From Luteitalea sp. (lineage in GTDB: Bacteria > Acidobacteriota > Vicinamibacteria > Vicinamibacterales > Vicinamibacteraceae): a stretch of DNA of 24,000 nucleotides. Position 1 is the first letter of the stretch. Each line of letters opens with the position of its first letter. The stretch lies in NCBI GenBank assembly GCA_009377605.1, contig WHTT01000020.1, forward strand, positions 3,394 to 27,393, given 5' to 3'. A program made the position numbers and the translations under genes. Positions 22,874 to 24,000 of the stretch are shown here, piece after piece. The notes under the pieces are model-generated. The model ran no database searches. It had not been told where the DNA came from and saw only the letters and a list, made by a program, of their open reading frames with translations.

Positions 22874-23423
22874 TCCACACGAGACGGAGATCGTCCCGCA
22901 CCCTGACCGAAGGTCTTCGCATGGCACCACCTCGGAAGGCCCGAGCCATGGCTCGAGCTCAGGGGTGCCGGCCGACGGCGGTCACGAGCGGTCGGATGTC
23001 GACGTTTCGCGCTCGCACTGGGTGGTGATTGGCTCGGCCGTGTTCCTCGCGGTCGTCATGGCCGCCATGTGGCTGATGTTTCGATGGATGGAAGGCCGGC
23101 TCGCGTCGGCAGATCAACCGTTGCCGATCGTGACCGAGCGCCAGGCGGGCCAAGATCGGCAGCCGCCCGAGCCGCGCCTGCTGGTCGACGAGCCGGCAGA
23201 CCTGGCAGGCGTTCGAGAAGATGAAGCCGCGGTGCTCAACAGCTATGGCGTGGTCGATCGAGCTCAGGGCTCGTGGCGTGTGCCGATTGACCGTGCGATG
23301 ACGTTGCTCGTCGAGCGCGGCGTGCCGACGTCACCGCGGGCAGCCTCCGCACCGCCGTCGAACGGAGCCGCCGGGAGCCCCGCCCCGGCGATTGCGAGGA
23401 CGAAAGGCGCAGCCGAACAGTAG
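22860..23423 (+). CDS. Single-TM membrane protein translationally coupled to actF; function unknown (possible ACIII or oxidase accessory subunit)
   Basis: ATG 22860 has GGAGGAGG upstream and overlaps actF by 14 nt. The protein has a hydrophilic His/Ser-rich N-terminus, a TM helix (WVVIGSAVFLAVVMAAMWLMF) and a C-terminal segment LNSYGVVDRAQGSWRVPIDRAMTLLVERGVP. Confidence 0.75.
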   Translation: MATTDPHETEIVPHPDRRSSHGTTSEGPSHGSSSGVPADGGHERSDVDVSRSHWVVIGSAVFLAVVMAAMWLMFRWMEGRLASADQPLPIVTERQAGQDRQPPEPRLLVDEPADLAGVREDEAAVLNSYGVVDRAQGSWRVPIDRAMTLLVERGVPTSPRAASAPPSNGAAGSPAPAIARTKGAAEQ

Positions 23424-23429
23424 GGTGTG

Positions 23430-24000
23430 ATGTTAGTGCAAGCGAAACGCGGCGTCGGCGCGACCTTCAGGTGGGGCGCGCAGGCAGTCATTTTGGTGTT
23501 GGCCGTGTGCAGTGTGCATTCCGAGGCGTTTGCACAGCCAGGGGGCCACGACTTCAAGGCGCCGCGGGAGCCGGCGAGCCAGCGTCCGCGTGCGCTCGAG
23601 GGTGTCGCGATAGAGCAGAAGCTCGATGCGCAGCTGCCGCTCGACCTTTCGTTCGTCGATGAGCAGGGTCGCACCGTCCGTTTGGGACAGTACTTCAGGG
23701 GACGGCCTGTGATTCTTGCCCCGGTTTACTACGAGTGCCCAATGCTGTGCACGCAAGTGCTCAACGGCTTGACGAGCGCCTTGAAGTCGTCTGGCTTCTC
23801 CTACGAGGTCGGGCGCGACTTCGACGTCCTGGCCGTGAGCTTCAACCCGAGAGAGGGACCGAAGCTGGCCGCGCTCAAGAAGCTGGCCTATGTGGACCGG
23901 TACGGCCGGCCGGACTCGGCGGGCGGTTGGCACTTTCTGACGGGCGAGCAGGCGGCGATCACGGCGCTGACCGATGCCGTCGGCTTCTCGTACAAGTGGG
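23430..24000 (+). CDS. SCO1/SenC family copper chaperone / thiol-disulfide oxidoreductase (3' end beyond the window)
   Basis: Not in the ORF track because there is no stop in the window. My translation from ATG 23430 is MLVQAKRGVGATFRWGAQAVILVLAVCSVHS (signal/anchor) ...GRPVILAPVYYECPMLCTQVLNGL (CxxxC copper site) ...GGWHFLTGEQAAITALTDAVGFSYKW. Confidence 0.85.
   Translation, partial: MLVQAKRGVGATFRWGAQAVILVLAVCSVHSEAFAQPGGHDFKAPREPASQRPRALEGVAIEQKLDAQLPLDLSFVDEQGRTVRLGQYFRGRPVILAPVYYECPMLCTQVLNGLTSALKSSGFSYEVGRDFDVLAVSFNPREGPKLAALKKLAYVDRYGRPDSAGGWHFLTGEQAAITALTDAVGFSYKW

Overview
High-GC bacterial chromosomal segment. An ADOP-type duplicated FtsX permease and an Alternative Complex III operon fit Acidobacteriota-like genomes, but that placement is inference only. 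No rRNA, tRNA, CRISPR array, transposase or integrase was recognised.

Gene content, left to right:
- Minus strand: a secreted amidohydrolase (5' part), a BKR-like SDR and a DapA-family aldolase. An L-fucose-isomerase-family gene is transcribed divergently from them.
- A secreted M24B Xaa-Pro aminopeptidase, then a small orphan with a Tat signal in a patch of lower GC.
- An ADOP permease split by a frameshift, an M61 peptidase with a PDZ domain, and an ABC ATPase/ABC-2 permease chimera that looks like an in-frame deletion.
- A minus-strand operon with two Gfo/Idh/MocA oxidoreductases and a thioredoxin-fold gene.
- Divergently from that operon, actABCDEF, an overlapping 187-aa membrane protein and an SCO1/SenC gene that runs off the right edge.

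Main finding: the thioredoxin-fold gene carries an in-frame TGA exactly at the first Cys of its CxxC motif (T-P-T-[TGA]-P-H-C-P). A 17-nt hairpin with a GGUC tetraloop follows at the spacing of the E. coli fdhF SECIS. I read this as a two-domain PDO/glutaredoxin-like selenoprotein that ordinary gene calling would truncate.

Secondary observations:
- A perfect TGTGA-N6-TCACA site lies in the divergent act/selenoprotein promoter region.
- Short 7-8 nt tandem repeat arrays recur at gene boundaries. One pair is inverted and can form a long stem.
- A GGGGACAGCCCC hairpin family sits at gene 3' ends.
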